64,000 bases of DNA, taken from contig CAVSCC010000009.1 in the NCBI GenBank assembly GCA_963726345.1, positions 91,619 through 155,618 of the forward strand. The letters are read 5' to 3'. Below the pieces are notes generated by a model. The model ran no database searches, was not told the origin of the DNA, and worked only from the letters and a program-made list of their open reading frames with translations. A program made the translations under genes and the position numbers. This DNA is from an uncultured Coriobacteriia bacterium. GTDB lineage: Bacteria; Actinomycetota; Coriobacteriia; Anaerosomatales; JAAXUF01. Below are positions 14,431 through 35,363 of the stretch, piece by piece (positions within the stretch are counted from its first letter, which is position 1; every line of letters begins with the position of its first letter).

Positions 14431-14616
14431 CTACCAGCTGGCCTTGCGAACGCCGGGAAGCTCGCCTCGGCTTGCTAGCTCGCGCACGCAGATTCGGCAC
14501 ATACCGAACTGGCGGTAGAACGCGCGAGGGCGTCCGCACCGACCGCAACGGTTGTGCTGCCTCACCGAGAACTTCGGTGTGCGCTTTGCCTTGGCGATCA
14601 TCGACTTCTTAGCCAC
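14431..14616 (-). CDS. rpsN: 30S ribosomal protein S14, Zn-binding type Z
   Basis: GTG start; [10 protein letters not shown]...CRIC...LPGVRKASW. Confidence 0.98.
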   Translation of the reverse strand: MAKKSMIAKAKRTPKFSVRQHNRCGRCGRPRAFYRQFGMCRICVRELASRGELPGVRKASW

Positions 14617-14662
14617 TTCATCCTCCTTGTCACGGCGACCCAGATGGGTGCCGGCTGACGCT

Positions 14663-15205
14663 CTATCGCTTGAACGGGAAGCCGAAGGCATCGAGCAGCG
14701 CCTTGGCGGCCTCGTCTGTTTTCGCACTCGTGACGAACGTGATATCCATGCCGCGCACGCGGTCGACCTTGTCGTAGTCGATCTCGGCGAAGATGAGCTG
14801 CTCGGTGACGCCCATCGAGTAGTTGCCGCGCCCGTCGAACGACTTGGGGTTGAGTCCCCGGAAGTCGCGGACACGCGGGATGGCCGTCGACAGCAGGCGA
14901 TCCATGAACTCCCACATATGGGCGCCGCGCAGCGTGACCTTCGCGCCGATCGGCATGCCCTGGCGAATCTTGAAGCCGGCGATCGACTTCTTCGCGCGCG
15001 TGATCGTCGGGGCCTGGCCGGTGATCTGACGCAGATCCTCGATGGCCGCATCGAGCTGCTTGACGTCCATGACTGCAGCGCCGACACCCATGTTCACGAC
15101 GATCTTCTCAAGGCGAGGGACTTCGTTGACGTTGGGGAGGGCGAGCTGCTCCTTGAGAGCGGGCACGACCACCTCGGTGTACTTCGTTTTGAGCCTCGGA
15201 ACCAT
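14663..15205 (-). CDS. rplE: 50S ribosomal protein L5
   Basis: [29 protein letters not shown]. Confidence 0.99.
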   Translation of the reverse strand: MVPRLKTKYTEVVVPALKEQLALPNVNEVPRLEKIVVNMGVGAAVMDVKQLDAAIEDLRQITGQAPTITRAKKSIAGFKIRQGMPIGAKVTLRGAHMWEFMDRLLSTAIPRVRDFRGLNPKSFDGRGNYSMGVTEQLIFAEIDYDKVDRVRGMDITFVTSAKTDEAAKALLDAFGFPFKR

Positions 15206-15289
15206 TCTTCATTCCTCCGTTACTGGGGTTCTCAGCGCAAGATTCCCGACCCTGCGCCTCCTCGCGGCGGTCGCCGCGGGGAGCCATTG

Positions 15290-15607
15290 TTAATCGATAT
15301 CGTTATTGCACTTCTTGCAGACTCGCACGCGTGCGCCGTCTTCACGCTTGCGGCCGATGCGAGTCGGCTGCGAGCACTTGGGGCACACGATCATGACGTT
15401 GGAGACGTGCACAGTGCCCTCGATCTCCAGAATGCCGCCATTGGGGTTCTTCTGGGTCGGACGCGTCGCCTTCTTGATCATGTTGACGCGCTCGATGACG
15501 ATGCGCTGCTTGTGCGGGTACACGGCGAGGACCTTGGACTCTTTGCCCTTGTCCTTGCCGGCGATGACCCGAACCTTGTCGCCCGTGCGGATGCTCATCT
15601 TCGTCAT
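15290..15607 (-). CDS. rplX: 50S ribosomal protein L24 (with CxxC pairs)
   Basis: GDKVRVIAGKDKG KOW motif, CPKC...CKKC. Confidence 0.99.
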   Translation of the reverse strand: MTKMSIRTGDKVRVIAGKDKGKESKVLAVYPHKQRIVIERVNMIKKATRPTQKNPNGGILEIEGTVHVSNVMIVCPKCSQPTRIGRKREDGARVRVCKKCNNDID

Positions 15608-15620
15608 TGTTCCATCCTCC

Positions 15621-15989
15621 TTAGAGCACCTCAGGCGCGAGCGAGACGATCTTCATGTACTTCCGGTCACGCAGTTCGCGAGCGACCGGACCGAAGATAC
15701 GCGTACCGCGCGGATTGCCCTGTGCGTCGATGATGACGGCGGCGTTGTCGTCGAACTTGATGTAGCTGCCGTCAGCGCGACGCACCTCTTTGGTGCACCG
15801 GACGACGACCGCCTTGACGATCTCGCCCTTCTTGACGCCACCGTTGGGGATGGCTTCCTTCACCGTGCAGACGATAACGTCTCCAACGTATGCATAGCGC
15901 CGCTTCGAACCGCCGAGAACCTTGATGCACAGCACCTTGCGTGCGCCTGAGTTGTCAGCGACCTTCAGCCGTGATTCTGCCTGGATCAT
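15621..15989 (-). CDS. rplN: 50S ribosomal protein L14
   Basis: [21 protein letters not shown]. Confidence 0.99.
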   Translation of the reverse strand: MIQAESRLKVADNSGARKVLCIKVLGGSKRRYAYVGDVIVCTVKEAIPNGGVKKGEIVKAVVVRCTKEVRRADGSYIKFDDNAAVIIDAQGNPRGTRIFGPVARELRDRKYMKIVSLAPEVL

Positions 15990-16061
15990 CTCTTCCTCCG
16001 AATACGAATCGACACGTGAGCGGTGCGCCGCGGGGCGTGGCGCACGTGCGCGGTCGATGAA

Positions 16062-16322
16062 CTACTTGGCCTTCTCGACGATCTCCAGGAGACGCCAGTG
16101 CTTCAGCTTGGACAGCGGCCGGGTCTCCATGATGGTAACGGTGTCACCGACGCCGCAGTCGTTGTTCTCGTCGTGCGCGTGGAACTTCTTGGACTGCGTG
16201 ATCATCTTGCCGTAGAGCGGATGCTTCTTGCGCTCCTCGACCTTCACCACGCAGGTCTTCTCGCCGGCCGTCGAAACGACGACTCCCTGGCGAAGCTTCC
16301 TGCGATTACGATCCTCACTCAT
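16062..16322 (-). CDS. rpsQ: 30S ribosomal protein S17
   Basis: HPLYGK, AHDENN, ETRPLSK. Confidence 0.99.
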   Translation of the reverse strand: MSEDRNRRKLRQGVVVSTAGEKTCVVKVEERKKHPLYGKMITQSKKFHAHDENNDCGVGDTVTIMETRPLSKLKHWRLLEIVEKAK

Positions 16323-16342
16323 TGCTTCTCCTCACCTGTCCC

Positions 16343-16558
16343 TTAAGACGCAGCCGCGTCGCTCTGTATGCGAAGCTCGCGGGTGCGCACCTCGGTGTGC
16401 AGGCGCGCGATGTCCTTCTTCACGATCGCAATACGACCGGTGTTGTCGAGCTGGCCGGTGGCGAGCTGGAAACGCAGGTTGAAGAGCTCGGCACGGGTGT
16501 CCTTGAGCTTCTGCGCCAGATCGGTATCGGCAAGATCTCTGATCTCTGTTGCTTTCAT
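16343..16558 (-). CDS. rpmC: 50S ribosomal protein L29
   Basis: [14 protein letters not shown]. Confidence 0.98.
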   Translation of the reverse strand: MKATEIRDLADTDLAQKLKDTRAELFNLRFQLATGQLDNTGRIAIVKKDIARLHTEVRTRELRIQSDAAAS

Positions 16559-16984
16559 CTACGCCTCCCCACCTGAATCGCCGCGGGTAACGAACTTGGT
16601 CTTGATCGGCAGCTTGTGTGCGGCCAGACGCATCGCCTCTTTGGCGACATCCTCTGGCACGCCTGCCAACTCGAACATGACGCGTCCGGGCTTGACGACG
16701 GCAACCCACTTCTCGGGGTTACCCTTGCCCGAACCCATGCGGGTCTCAGCGGGCTTCTGCGTGATCGGCTTGTCCGGGAAGATGTTGATCCAGACCTTAC
16801 CGCCACGCTTCATGTAACGGGTCATTGCAATACGAGCCGCCTCGATCTGGCGGTTGGTGATCCACGCAGGTTCCAGGGCCTTGAGACCGTACTCGCCGAA
16901 GTTGACCGACGTACCGCCCTTGGCCTGGCCGCTGCGCGAGCCACGCTGGACCTTGCGGTGCTTAACTCGCTTGGGCAAAAGCAT
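16559..16984 (-). CDS. rplP: 50S ribosomal protein L16
   Basis: [20 protein letters not shown]. Confidence 0.99.
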   Translation of the reverse strand: MLLPKRVKHRKVQRGSRSGQAKGGTSVNFGEYGLKALEPAWITNRQIEAARIAMTRYMKRGGKVWINIFPDKPITQKPAETRMGSGKGNPEKWVAVVKPGRVMFELAGVPEDVAKEAMRLAAHKLPIKTKFVTRGDSGGEA

Positions 16985-16987
16985 CTG

Positions 16988-17683
16988 CTATCTCCCTTCA
17001 CCGCGACGGGGGCGCTGCGTGCGCGTGCCCTCGATGGCCGGGTTGGGAGCGTCCTGACCGGGCAGGACCTCTCCGTGGTAGACCCAGACCTTGACGCCGC
17101 ACGCGCCCATGCTGGTGCGTGCGACTGCGGTGCCGTAGTCGATCTTGGCACGCAGGGTGTGAAGCGGCACTCGACCTTCGCGGTACCATTCGCGACGGCC
17201 CATCTCCGCGCCGCCGAGGCGACCGGAGCACTGGATCCTGATTCCCAGCGCGCCACTCTTGACCGCCGAGGCGACCGCTTTGCGCATTGCGCGACGGAAC
17301 GCGACGCGACCTTCGAGCTGCTCGGCAACGCTCTGCGCGACCAGCACGGCGTCGAGCTCAGGGCGCTTGATCTCGATGATGTTGACGGCAACGCTGCCGC
17401 CGGTGATCTTCTCGAGCGACTTGCGCAGAACGTCGACCTCGGCGCCCTTCTTGCCGATGACGATGCCCGGACGCGCGGTGGTCAGCTCGATGACGGTCTT
17501 GTCGCCCTTGCGCTCGATGTCGATCTTGCTGAGCGCTGCACGCCGAAGACGCGTCTCAAGGTACTGGCGCACCTTCTGGTCATTGGCGAGAGTCTGCGCG
17601 TAGTCCTTGCCACCGAACCAGCGCGAACGCCACTTCTCGGTGATGCCTAGACGCAGGCTTATCGGGTATACCTTCTGTCCCAT
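16988..17683 (-). CDS. rpsC: 30S ribosomal protein S3
   Basis: [30 protein letters not shown]. Confidence 0.99.
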   Translation of the reverse strand: MGQKVYPISLRLGITEKWRSRWFGGKDYAQTLANDQKVRQYLETRLRRAALSKIDIERKGDKTVIELTTARPGIVIGKKGAEVDVLRKSLEKITGGSVAVNIIEIKRPELDAVLVAQSVAEQLEGRVAFRRAMRKAVASAVKSGALGIRIQCSGRLGGAEMGRREWYREGRVPLHTLRAKIDYGTAVARTSMGACGVKVWVYHGEVLPGQDAPNPAIEGTRTQRPRRGEGR

Positions 17684-17690
17684 TTGGCTC

Positions 17691-18032
17691 CTACGCCCCC
17701 TCTCGCTGCTTGACGATGACCGTGATATGACTGGTGCGCTTGTTGATGCGGAATGCACGGCCCATGGCGCGGGGGCGAATGCGCTTCAGGGTCGGGCCCT
17801 CATCAACGAACGTGGAGCCGACGATGAGCTCGTCCGAGCTCAGGTGAAGATTGCGCTCGGCGTTGGCAACGGCGCTGTTGAGCACCTTCTCCACGATCTC
17901 GGCGGCGGCGCGGGGCGAGAACTTGAGAATCGCTCTCGCGTCGTCGATCTTCTTTCCGCGAATGAGGTCGACCACCAGTCGAGCCTTGCGCGGGCTCACA
18001 CGCACGTAGCGTGCAACTGCTCTGGCTTCCAT
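17691..18032 (-). CDS. rplV: 50S ribosomal protein L22
   Basis: [15 protein letters not shown]. Confidence 0.99.
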   Translation of the reverse strand: MEARAVARYVRVSPRKARLVVDLIRGKKIDDARAILKFSPRAAAEIVEKVLNSAVANAERNLHLSSDELIVGSTFVDEGPTLKRIRPRAMGRAFRINKRTSHITVIVKQREGA

Positions 18033-18037
18033 GTGCT

Positions 18038-18313
18038 CTACCTCTTCTTCTTCTTGTCGGAGGCGTGACCGCGGAAGGTACGCGTCGGCGAGAACTCGCC
18101 GAGCTTGTGCCCGACCATTGACTCGGTCACGTACACCGGCACGTGCTTGCGGCCGTCATGCACCGCGATCGTGTGACCGACCATCTCCGGGAAGATGGTC
18201 GAGGAACGCGACCAGGTCTTGATGACCTTCTTCTCGCCAGCCTCGTTCATCGCGTGGATACGCTCGAGTAGGCGAGGCTGGACGAACGGGCCCTTCTTGA
18301 GGCTTCTGCTCAC
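18038..18313 (-). CDS. rpsS: 30S ribosomal protein S19
   Basis: [19 protein letters not shown]. Confidence 0.99.
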   Translation of the reverse strand: MSRSLKKGPFVQPRLLERIHAMNEAGEKKVIKTWSRSSTIFPEMVGHTIAVHDGRKHVPVYVTESMVGHKLGEFSPTRTFRGHASDKKKKR

Positions 18314-18328
18314 TGTCGTTTCAGCTCC

Positions 18329-19159
18329 CTACTTCTTGCGGCGGCGAATGATGAGGCGGCTGGTCTGGTTCTTCTTGCTACGCGTACGGTGACCCTTGGT
18401 GGGAACGCCCCACGGGGTGACCGGATGACGGCCTGCGGACTTGTTCTTGCCTTCGCCGCCACCGTGCGGGTGGTCGACGGGGTTCATGACGGTTCCGCGG
18501 ACGGTCGGGCGGATGCCCATCCAGCGCGCGCGACCGGCCTTGCCGATCTTGATGTTGCCGTGGTCGGAGTTGCCGACCTCACCGATGGTCGCGCGGCACG
18601 TGACCAGCACGCGACGCATCTCCGACGAAGGCATGCGCAGGATGGCGTAGCCACCCTCCTTGCCCATCAGCTGGATCGAGGTACCGGCCGAGCGTGCGAG
18701 AGCCGCACCCTTGCCGGGCTGCAGCTCAACTGCGTGCACAACCGTACCGACGGGGATGTTCACCAGCGGAAGCGTGTTGCCCGGCTTGATATCGGCCTCC
18801 GGCCCGCTCGCGACCTTGTCGCCCACGGTGAGGCCCTTCGGCGCCAGGATGTAGCGCTTCTCGCCGTCGGCGTAGTGCAGGAGCGCGATGCGCGCCGAGC
18901 GGTTCGGGTCGTACTCGATCGTCGCAACCTTGGCCGGCACGCCGTCCTTGGTGCGCTTGAAATCGATGACGCGGTAGCGGCGCTTGTGCCCGCCACCCTG
19001 GTGACGGGTCGTGATGCGCCCGTTGTTGTTGCGACCACCCTTCTTGTGCAGCGGCTCCAGAAGCGACTTCTCGGGAGTGGTGCACGTGATCTCCGCGAAG
19101 TCGGATACCGTCTGGAAGCGGCGGCCCGGTGAGGTCGGCTTGTACTGCTTCAGTCCCAT
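18329..19159 (-). CDS. rplB: 50S ribosomal protein L2
   Basis: [25 protein letters not shown]. Confidence 0.99.
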   Translation of the reverse strand: MGLKQYKPTSPGRRFQTVSDFAEITCTTPEKSLLEPLHKKGGRNNNGRITTRHQGGGHKRRYRVIDFKRTKDGVPAKVATIEYDPNRSARIALLHYADGEKRYILAPKGLTVGDKVASGPEADIKPGNTLPLVNIPVGTVVHAVELQPGKGAALARSAGTSIQLMGKEGGYAILRMPSSEMRRVLVTCRATIGEVGNSDHGNIKIGKAGRARWMGIRPTVRGTVMNPVDHPHGGGEGKNKSAGRHPVTPWGVPTKGHRTRSKKNQTSRLIIRRRKK

Positions 19160-19309
19160 TTCATCTCCTTCCGTCCGATGGCCCGTGTCGCATGGGACCG
19201 ACGAACACTCTCTCGGCTACGACACTGACGCCGGACTACCACGGTGCCGGGCGGCTCCATAATGCGCCGGACTCGGACACCCGTTGGCCTGCGTGCTACG
19301 GCCTCTTAC

Positions 19310-19597
19310 CTAGTGTGACTGGAAGAACTCGATCGAATCGCCCTCTTTGAGGGTCACAACGGCCTTCTTCCAGTCGCGCGTCTTACCTTTGGCAACTCGC
19401 ACGCGGCGCGGCTTGCCGTTGACGTTCATGGTGTTCACCTTGGTGACGGTGACACCGAAAATCTCGGTGATCGCATCGGCGATCTGGGGCTTGCTTGCGG
19501 TCTTGGCGACCTCGAACGTGTAGCGGTTGAGCTCGATCATGTCGTAGGACTTCTCCGAGATGACCGGGCGGATGACGATATCGCGAGGATCGTTCAT
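19310..19597 (-). CDS. rplW: 50S ribosomal protein L23
   Basis: RPVISEKS, WKKAVVTL. Confidence 0.99.
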   Translation of the reverse strand: MNDPRDIVIRPVISEKSYDMIELNRYTFEVAKTASKPQIADAITEIFGVTVTKVNTMNVNGKPRRVRVAKGKTRDWKKAVVTLKEGDSIEFFQSH

Positions 19598-20220
19598 TAG
19601 GACAGCACCCCCTCGAGCCAGAGAAGGGCCGGCTTCGTGAACAGGAGCGCGGTATTGTCAACGAGGTCGTACGTGTTGGCCTCGGAAGCGCCGATCACGC
19701 GAACCTTCTTGAGGTTGCGAAGAGACAGCATCGCGTTGATGTCGTCATCGGCGACGACGACGGTGACGCGGCCATCGATGCCAAGCGACTTCAGCACACC
19801 GGCGGCCTGCTGCGTGGCGGGCTTGTCGTAGCCGAAGCCCTCGATGACGTAGAGGTCGTCCTCTGCGAGCTTGGCCGAGAGCGCCGAGCGCATCGCAAGC
19901 TTGACGACCTTGTTGGGGACCTTGAACCCGTAGCTGCGGGGGTGCGGCCCGAAGACGACGCCACCACCGACCCACTGCGGCGAGCGGGTCGAACCCTGGC
20001 GGGCGCGACCGGTGCCCTTCTGACGCCACGGCTTCTTGCCACCGCCGGAGACCTTCCCGCGGGTAAGCGTGTCGTGCGTGCCCGCGCGGCGGGCGGCAAG
20101 CTGGCTGCGAACGACCTGGTGCATGGCGAAGACATTCGGCTCGATGCCGAAGACGCCAGCCGACAGATCGGCGCTACCCACCTTCTTGCCCGCAGTATCT
20201 TTGATTTCGATCTTGGCCAT
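19597..20220 (-). CDS. rplD: 50S ribosomal protein L4
   Basis: KPWRQKGTGRARQGS. Confidence 0.99.
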   Translation of the reverse strand: MAKIEIKDTAGKKVGSADLSAGVFGIEPNVFAMHQVVRSQLAARRAGTHDTLTRGKVSGGGKKPWRQKGTGRARQGSTRSPQWVGGGVVFGPHPRSYGFKVPNKVVKLAMRSALSAKLAEDDLYVIEGFGYDKPATQQAAGVLKSLGIDGRVTVVVADDDINAMLSLRNLKKVRVIGASEANTYDLVDNTALLFTKPALLWLEGVLS

Positions 20221-20258
20221 CGTGACTAATCTCCTTCAGGTATCTCGAGCAGGGCGAC

Positions 20259-20879
20259 TTAGGCCATGCGTATGGTCAGCAGGGCGTTCTTGCCACCCGG
20301 AACCGCGCCCTTTACGAGGAGCAGGTTCTGCTCGGCGTCGATTCTCACGATATCGAGGTTCTTCACGGTCACAGTCTCGTCGCCCATGTGTCCCGGACCC
20401 TTGAGGCCCTTGAAGACGCGTGACGGCGTGGATGCCTGACCGATGGAGCCAGGCGCACGGTGGAAGTGCGAACCGTGGCCTCCGGGACCGCCCTTGAAGT
20501 TGTGACGCTTCATGACGCCCGCGAAGCCCTTACCCTTGCTCGTACCGGTGATGGTGACCGACTTGACGTCGGCGAAGTCCTGCACCGTGATCGTCTGGCC
20601 GAGCTTGACATCGTCACCCTCGGCGAGGCGAACCTCGGTCAGATGACGTACCGGCTCCACGTTGGACTTGGCGAAGTGCCCGGCCATCGGCTTGTTGAGC
20701 TTCTTGGCCTTGATCTCGCCGAAGCCGATCTGCGCGGCACGGTAGCCGTCACGCTTGTCGGTCTTGAGCTGGGTGACCACGCAGGGACCGGCCTCGATGA
20801 CGGTGACAGGCAGTAGCTTGTCGTCGTCGCTCCAGACCTGCGTCATCCCCAGCTTGCGGCCGAGTATCGTCGTAACCAT
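20259..20879 (-). CDS. rplC: 50S ribosomal protein L3
   Basis: GRKLGMTQ, SKGKGFAGVMKRH. Confidence 0.99.
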   Translation of the reverse strand: MVTTILGRKLGMTQVWSDDDKLLPVTVIEAGPCVVTQLKTDKRDGYRAAQIGFGEIKAKKLNKPMAGHFAKSNVEPVRHLTEVRLAEGDDVKLGQTITVQDFADVKSVTITGTSKGKGFAGVMKRHNFKGGPGGHGSHFHRAPGSIGQASTPSRVFKGLKGPGHMGDETVTVKNLDIVRIDAEQNLLLVKGAVPGGKNALLTIRMA

Positions 20880-21007
20880 ATCTTCGTCCTTCTCTCACGA
20901 GCGGTCATGGGACCTGCTCGGCGCCCCTTGGCACCGTCCCCAGCGGACCGCGTTTCTCACGGTGGCCGCACCCTCTCGGGCACGGACCGCCGATTGTACC
21001 AGAATCC

Positions 21008-21316
21008 CTAGAGCTTGATCTCGATATCCACGCCTGCGGGGAGATCGAGACGCATGAGCGAGTCGACCGTCTTGGGCGTGGGCTCGAGAATGTCGATGAG
21101 GCGCTTGTGCGTCTTCATCTCGAACTGCTCACGACTGTCCTTGTTCACGTGCGGCGAGCGGATGACACAGTACAGACTGCGCTCCGTCGGCAGCGGGATC
21201 GGACCCGAAACCTTGGCTCCGGTCTTCTGCGCTGTGTCAACGATGAGCTTGGTGGACTTGTCCACGATCTCGTGATCGTAGCCCTTCAAGCGGATCCTGA
21301 TCTTCTGGTTCGCCAA
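21008..21316 (-). CDS. rpsJ: 30S ribosomal protein S10
   Basis: [21 protein letters not shown]. Confidence 0.99.
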   Translation of the reverse strand: MANQKIRIRLKGYDHEIVDKSTKLIVDTAQKTGAKVSGPIPLPTERSLYCVIRSPHVNKDSREQFEMKTHKRLIDILEPTPKTVDSLMRLDLPAGVDIEIKL

Positions 21317-21386
21317 CTCTCAACCCTCCGTCAGATGCGGTGCCACGATGCCTTCCGGCACCGGAACCCGTTCTCTCAAAGCCTGC

Positions 21387-23477
<2,091 letters not shown>

Positions 23478-23519
23478 GAAGCTACAGCCCTCTATCTCGT
23501 GAGTAATGGGTCGGAAGTA

Positions 23520-23990
23520 CTACCAGCGGTAGTGCGAGAACGCCTTGTTGGACTCCGCCATCTTGAACAGGTCCTCGCGCTTCTTGACCGAGGCGCCCGT
23601 GCCGTTGGCGGCATCCATGATCTCGCCGGCGAGACGCTCAGCCATGACCTTCTCGCGACGCTTGCGCGAGAAGCCGACGATCCAGCGGATCGCGAGCGTG
23701 GTCGAGCGGCGGGAGTTGACCTCCACCGGGACCTGGTACGTGGCTCCACCGACACGCTTGGGGCGGACCTCAAGCGTCGGGCGAACGTTGTCCATGGCCT
23801 TCTTGAAGGTCGCCAGGGGATCGGCGGCCGTCTTCTGCTCGACGATGTCGAACGCGCCGTAGACGATGTTCTCGGCAGTGGACTTCTTGCCGTCCAGCAG
23901 GATCTTGTTGATCAGCTGCGTGACGAGCCTGTTGTTGTAAACGCTGTCGGGGGCGATTTCTCGCCGGACAGCAGGTGCGCGCCTTGGCAT
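23520..23990 (-). CDS. rpsG: 30S ribosomal protein S7
   Basis: [19 protein letters not shown]. Confidence 0.99.
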   Translation of the reverse strand: MPRRAPAVRREIAPDSVYNNRLVTQLINKILLDGKKSTAENIVYGAFDIVEQKTAADPLATFKKAMDNVRPTLEVRPKRVGGATYQVPVEVNSRRSTTLAIRWIVGFSRKRREKVMAERLAGEIMDAANGTGASVKKREDLFKMAESNKAFSHYRW

Positions 23991-24044
23991 CTACCTGTCT
24001 CCTTAAACGGTACGAGCCACAGAGAAGCAGCTCGCAACAACGCT

Positions 24045-24416
24045 CTACTTGGGCTTCTTGGCACCGTAACGCGAACGTGCCTGCGCACGGTTGTTCACGG
24101 CAGAACAGTCAAGTGCGGCGCGGATGATCTTGTAGCGCACACCCGGGAGGTCCTTCACACGACCGCCGCGCACGAGCACGATCGAGTGCTCCTGCAGGTT
24201 GTGGCCGATACCCGGGATGTAGGCCGTGACCTCCATGCCGTTGACGAGTCGCACGCGGGCGACCTTGCGCAGCGCCGAGTTAGGCTTCTTGGGGGTGGTG
24301 GTGTACACGCGAGTGCACACGCCCCGCTTCTGCGGGTTTCCCTTGAGCGCCGGAGTCTTGCTCTTCTCGACGGCCTGCTTGCGGCCCTTGCGGACCAGCT
24401 GGTTAATGGTAGGCAA
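24045..24416 (-). CDS. rpsL: 30S ribosomal protein S12
   Basis: TTG start; [27 protein letters not shown]. Confidence 0.99.
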   Translation of the reverse strand: MPTINQLVRKGRKQAVEKSKTPALKGNPQKRGVCTRVYTTTPKKPNSALRKVARVRLVNGMEVTAYIPGIGHNLQEHSIVLVRGGRVKDLPGVRYKIIRAALDCSAVNNRAQARSRYGAKKPK

Positions 24417-24502
24417 CGCTACACTCCTTCGTTGACAGCTTGCGGACGCTCCACTCGGTCGGTCTGTCTCGCAGGCCACCGAGCATCAAGTCACAAGGGG
24501 GA

Positions 24503-24531
24503 ACTCTACCTATCGCGGGGCTGTCTGTCAA
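24503..24531 (-). promoter_or_regulatory. sigma70-type promoter of the str/S10 operon
   Basis: TTGACA-N17-TAGAGT. Confidence 0.78.
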
Positions 24532-24536
24532 ACGCA

Positions 24537-24556
24537 ACGCCCCCGGGCGTATCTAC
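24537..24556. repeat. 20-nt motif copy 3 (acgcccccgggcgtatctac)
   Basis: 19/20 identical to copy 1; just upstream of the rpsL -35. Confidence 0.8.
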
Positions 24557-24642
24557 TCTCTCAACCCCACTCCCGACCTCTGCCGAGAACACAACCCGGG
24601 CGCCCGCGCCGATGTGCGGCGTGAGCGCCCGGACGATGCCTT

Positions 24643-28893
<4,251 letters not shown>

Positions 28894-28897
28894 TGGT

Positions 28898-32433
<3,536 letters not shown>

Positions 32434-32489
32434 CAGGCGATTCCTCCTTCAGGAAGATGGGAAGCTGCCGACATTAGTCGCAAAGCAAT

Positions 32490-32518
32490 AGGATAGTCAA
32501 CGCCCTATAGGACGTCAA
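32490..32518 (-). promoter_or_regulatory. sigma70-type promoter of rpoBC
   Basis: TTGACG-N17-TATCCT. Confidence 0.7.
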
Positions 32519-32545
32519 CGCTTTTCTGCAGCTTTTGTAAGGGCA

Positions 32546-32581
32546 CGAAAGGCCGGGACCGCTCTGGGGTCCCGACCTTCG
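32546..32581 (-). terminator. hairpin/terminator after rplL
   Basis: Imperfect inverted repeat aaggccgggacc/ggtcccgacctt. Confidence 0.5.
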
Positions 32582-32639
32582 CGCAACCTGGTGCCGGCGA
32601 TTGAGCCGCTCAGGAGTAGTCCGTACGGAGAAGCGAGCT

Positions 32640-33020
32640 CTACTTGATGGTGACGGCGGCGCCGGCATCCTCGAGCTTGCCCTTGGCCTCGTCGGCCTTT
32701 TCCTTGTTGACACCCTCGAGCACGGCCTTGGGGGCGCTCTCGACGACGTCCTTGGCCTCCTTGAGACCGAGGCTGGTGAGCTCGCGGACGACCTTGATGA
32801 CGGCGATCTTGTTGTCGCCGAAGCCGTCGAGCACGACGTCGAAGCTGGTCTGCTCCTCGGCGGCCTCAGCCTCAGCGGCGCCACCGGCGGCGGCGACGGC
32901 AACCGGAGCGGCGGCGGAGACGCCAAAGGTCTCCTCCATCATCTTGACGAGCTCGGACAGCTCAAGCGCAGGCTTGACCTTGATAGCTTCGAGGATCTCC
33001 TCGTTGGTAAGTGCAGACAT
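32640..33020 (-). CDS. rplL: 50S ribosomal protein L7/L12
   Basis: [28 protein letters not shown]. Confidence 0.99.
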   Translation of the reverse strand: MSALTNEEILEAIKVKPALELSELVKMMEETFGVSAAAPVAVAAAGGAAEAEAAEEQTSFDVVLDGFGDNKIAVIKVVRELTSLGLKEAKDVVESAPKAVLEGVNKEKADEAKGKLEDAGAAVTIK

Positions 33021-33096
33021 GTCGATTCTCCTTCTTGTTCTCTTCTCACGCTGCGGGCCTCGCCCGAGCGCACGGTAATGACGTTACGAGGCTCCG

Positions 33097-33619
33097 CTAC
33101 GCGGCGGCCTTCTGATCGGCGACCGCAGAAACGGTGCGCGCGAACGCTTCCACCGGTCCGTTGAGGACACGGGCAAATCCAACGATCGGGTTCTGCATGG
33201 TGCCGAGCAGCTTGGCGATGAGCTCTTCGCGCGAAGGCAGCATGGCGATGGCCTTGATCCCGCTGGCATCAACGACCTGGTTCTCGACGAGCCCGCCCTT
33301 GAGTTCGAGCGCCGCGTGCTCCTTGGCAAACGCCGTCAGGGCCTTGGCGGGGGCAACCGGGATCGCCGTTGATGAAGACGAAGCCGGTCGGACCGGCAAG
33401 GTACTCGGTCATGCTCGGCATCGCGAGCTCGCGCATGGCGATCTCGGTCAGCGAGTTCTTGTAGACCGTCAGCTCGGCGCCGGCCTCGCGCAGCTTGTTG
33501 CGCAGCTGCTGCATCTCCTTGACCGAGAGCCCGCGATAGTCGGCCATGATGACCGCATCGCAGTTGGCGAAGCGATCCTTGATCGCTTCGACGATTTGTT
33601 CTTTCTCGAGTGTAGGCAT
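33097..33619 (-). CDS. rplJ: 50S ribosomal protein L10 (frameshift near 33355)
   Basis: DYRGLSV, VYKNSL, LPSREELIAKL. Confidence 0.96.
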
Positions 33620-33715
33620 GGACATCCCTCCTTTCTTTCACGTACGCGCGACCCGGTGTGGACCGACGTGGTGTCGGCTCACGTGCGTGGGTCGCGTTCC
33701 CGGCGGATGCCGGAG

Positions 33716-33880
33716 AAAAGACGCGACCCCCGCCGATGAAGCAGCGGGGGTCGCGAGCAGATTGCTCATGTAGCAGCGCCGCGCTATGCGGCACTTCTGC
33801 GACCACCTCGGCAGGCGTCGCGCTCATCGCGCTCCATTATGTCCGGGAAGTACCGGACACCGGCTGTCTTCGGCAGTGGT
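33716..33880 (-). ncRNA. L10 leader with downstream attenuator terminator
   Basis: CCGAAGACAG...TAAT...CCTGCCGAGG consensus, then stem cgcgacccccgc/gcgggggtcgcg + TCTTTT. Confidence 0.9.
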
Positions 33881-33915
33881 TCGTGCGTACTGTGCAGTTT
33901 TCAACGCGGTGCAGG

Positions 33916-33944
33916 AGTATGGGTGCTGCACTCCCGCTCGTCAA
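33916..33944 (-). promoter_or_regulatory. promoter of rplJL
   Basis: TTGACG-N17-CATACT directly upstream of the L10 leader. Confidence 0.65.
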
Positions 33945-33988
33945 GCGGCAGCTCGGAACCGGATCCCGCGCCGCCGGTGAACGCGTGC

Positions 33989-34707
33989 TTACTCGGCGCC
34001 CTCTTCGAGGAGGTTGCGCGTCTTGCTCGGGTCGACCTTGATGCCGGGGCCCATCGTGGTGGCCATGGTGATCGACTTGAGGTACTTGCCCTTGGAGGAC
34101 GACGGCTTCGCGCGGATGATCTCGTCGAGAACCGCGGCGTAGTTCTGCGTGATGGCCTCAGGCGTGAACGACGCCTTGCCGATGCCGACGTGCGCGATGC
34201 CGAACTTGTCGGCGCGATACTCGACCTTACCGGCCTTGAGCTCCTTGACGACGCGACCCACGTCCTGGGTCACGGTGCCGAGCTTCGGGTTCGGCATGAG
34301 GCCGCGCGTGCCGAGGATCTTGCCGAGCTTGCCGACCTTGCTCATCTGGTCGGGCGTGGCGACCGTCGCGTCGAAGTCCAGGAAGCCGCCCTGGATCTTG
34401 GTCGACGAGGTCGTCGCTGCCGACAACGTCGGCGCCGGCGGCCTCGGCCTCGCGGGCCTTGTCGCCCTCGGCGAACACGGCGACGCGGACGTTCTTGCCG
34501 GTGCCGTTGGGGAGCGAGACCGAGCCGCGAACCATGCTGGTCGGCCTGACGAGTGTCGATGCCGAGGCGGAAGTGCACCTCGACGGTCTCGTCGAACTTG
34601 GCGGTCGTGACCTCGGCGGCGAGGCGTGCGGCCTCGAGCGGAGTGTGCAAGCGGTCCTTCTCGAGCTTGGACGCAGACTCGCGATAGCGCTTTCCGTGCT
34701 TGGGCAT
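33989..34707 (-). CDS. rplA: 50S ribosomal protein L1 (frameshifted)
   Basis: [32 protein letters not shown]. Confidence 0.96.
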
Positions 34708-34722
34708 GGTGTCCATCCTTTC

Positions 34723-34752
34723 GTGGTCAACGGGCCAGCCCGGCCCTCCCAC
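34723..34752 (-). promoter_or_regulatory. L1-binding mRNA regulatory element
   Basis: GTGGGAG-hairpin-ACCAC immediately before the rplA SD. Confidence 0.7.
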
Positions 34753-34795
34753 ATCGCGCGGCACCGTGCGCCGCGGCAGTAACCGTGCGGTCGTG

Positions 34796-35221
34796 CTAGT
34801 CGACGACCTCGAAGCCCATGGAGCGGGCGGTGCCGGCGATGATGCGCATACCGGCCTCGACGTCGTTCGCGTTGAGGTCGGGCATCTTGGTCTCGGCGAT
34901 CTGCCTGAGCTGATCGCGCGTCACCTTGGCGACCTTGGTGCGGTTCGGGGTCGCCGAGCCGGTGTCGACGCCAGCGGCCTGCTTGAGAAGCACGGCGGCC
35001 GGAGGGGTCTTGAGGATGAAGTCGATGGTGCGGTCCTCGTAGACCGTGATCTCGACCGGGATGATGGTGCCGTTCTTGTCGGCAGTCTGGGCGTTGAACG
35101 CCTGGCAGAACTGCATGATGTTGACCTGGTGCTGACCGAGCGCAGGACCGACCGGAGGCGCAGGGTTGGCCTGACCGCCCGGGATCTGCAGCTTGATGAA
35201 GCCGACTACCTTCTTGGCCAT
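34796..35221 (-). CDS. rplK: 50S ribosomal protein L11
   Basis: [20 protein letters not shown]. Confidence 0.99.
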   Translation of the reverse strand: MAKKVVGFIKLQIPGGQANPAPPVGPALGQHQVNIMQFCQAFNAQTADKNGTIIPVEITVYEDRTIDFILKTPPAAVLLKQAAGVDTGSATPNRTKVAKVTRDQLRQIAETKMPDLNANDVEAGMRIIAGTARSMGFEVVD

Positions 35222-35363
35222 GTGAGTTCTTAACCGTCCCTCTTGGTCCGCGGCCGCTGATTCAGCCGAGTCTTGTTTTCTATCTATTCCACACCGTGCT
35301 GCCGTGAGAAGCCCTGCGAGGCATCAATCCCGCAGGCGCGGCACGCGCCGGATGCTTCCGAAT

